From assembly GCA_026395935.1 (NCBI GenBank), contig JAPLXT010000056.1:1-43464 (forward strand): a stretch of DNA of 43,464 nt, in the 5' to 3' direction. Both the position numbers and the translations under genes were made by a program. Of the stretch, positions 43,276-43,464 are shown piece after piece. Source of the DNA: Candidatus Nomurabacteria bacterium. Lineage in GTDB: Bacteria; Patescibacteriota; Minisyncoccia; Phycocordibacterales; UBA9973. A model generated the notes under the pieces. It was not told where the DNA came from and did no database searches. It worked only from the letters and a program-made list of their open reading frames with translations. Each line of letters starts with the position of its first letter. Within the stretch, counting starts at the first letter, position 1.

Positions 43276-43464
43276 ATGGAAACATTTTTACAAGACAAAA
43301 AAATAAAGTGCTCGTTATTTATATTAATAATAATTATAGGTTTATTTACATTAGCTAGTTTCGTAAATGAGGTTAAGAAAGGGGATAATGAAGGTAATGG
43401 TAGTCAGCCCACCAATACTATCACTGTCTCTGGTACTGGGGAAGTTTCGGCGGTTTCTGATATT
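43276..43464 (+). CDS. SIMPL/DUF541-like secreted protein, 3'-truncated by window edge
   Basis: ATG at 43276, open to the window end: METFLQDKKIKCSLFILIIIIGLFTLA...TITVSGTGEVSAVSDI. TM/signal, then the 'I.V.G.GE....PD'-type start typical of SIMPL proteins. Not in the supplied track. Confidence 0.5.
   Translation, partial: METFLQDKKIKCSLFILIIIIGLFTLASFVNEVKKGDNEGNGSQPTNTITVSGTGEVSAVSDI

Noticed and set aside
1-43464. Alternative genetic code (UGA recoded, as in some candidate phyla)
   Set aside because: Long conserved genes are intact under the standard code, and TGA terminates at least one well-supported gene (12256..13803, stop at 13801-13803).

Overview
AT-rich, tightly packed bacterial window, mostly plus-strand coded and using the standard code (TGA is a stop, e.g. 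13801-13803). The gene content fits a reduced, scavenging genome of the Patescibacteria/CPR type; that lineage call is an inference from content only. In order: three tandem GH130 modules, an MsbA-like ABC exporter, a membrane metallophosphoesterase, a DUF475/TerC-like protein, and a 573-aa Cys-rich protein. Next comes B12-dependent class II RNR (nrdJ), a small membrane protein, and a cobalamin riboswitch driving two DUF4430 (transcobalamin-like) surface proteins. After that: a shortened thioredoxin-like protein with DsbB, a type IV pilus block (pilB, pilC, three prepilins, a PilX-like giant), tpiA, pgk, recJ, rnhA, a split comEC with a convergent Fe/Mn SOD between the halves, rpmB, and an M50 protease. 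rpsL-rpsG is then separated from fusA by a ~5.9 kb accessory block, followed by an FKBP isomerase and a MacAB/YknXYZ-like efflux set with two FtsX permeases. Most interesting: (1) the block splitting the str operon, made of self-contained promoter-ORF-terminator units, each followed by a conserved long hairpin with the invariant core AACGCTATCGCG, and ending in a membrane-anchored protein plus a 1119-aa secreted lipase/Ig-repeat protein; (2) the riboswitch-linked B12 capture module next to nrdJ; (3) GC-rich palindromic mini-elements sitting in frame inside coding regions (the DUF4430 gene and a prepilin leader), with one family repeated intergenically at the window end; (4) several in-frame shortened or split genes. 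No rRNA, tRNA, CRISPR array, transposase or integrase was recognised.
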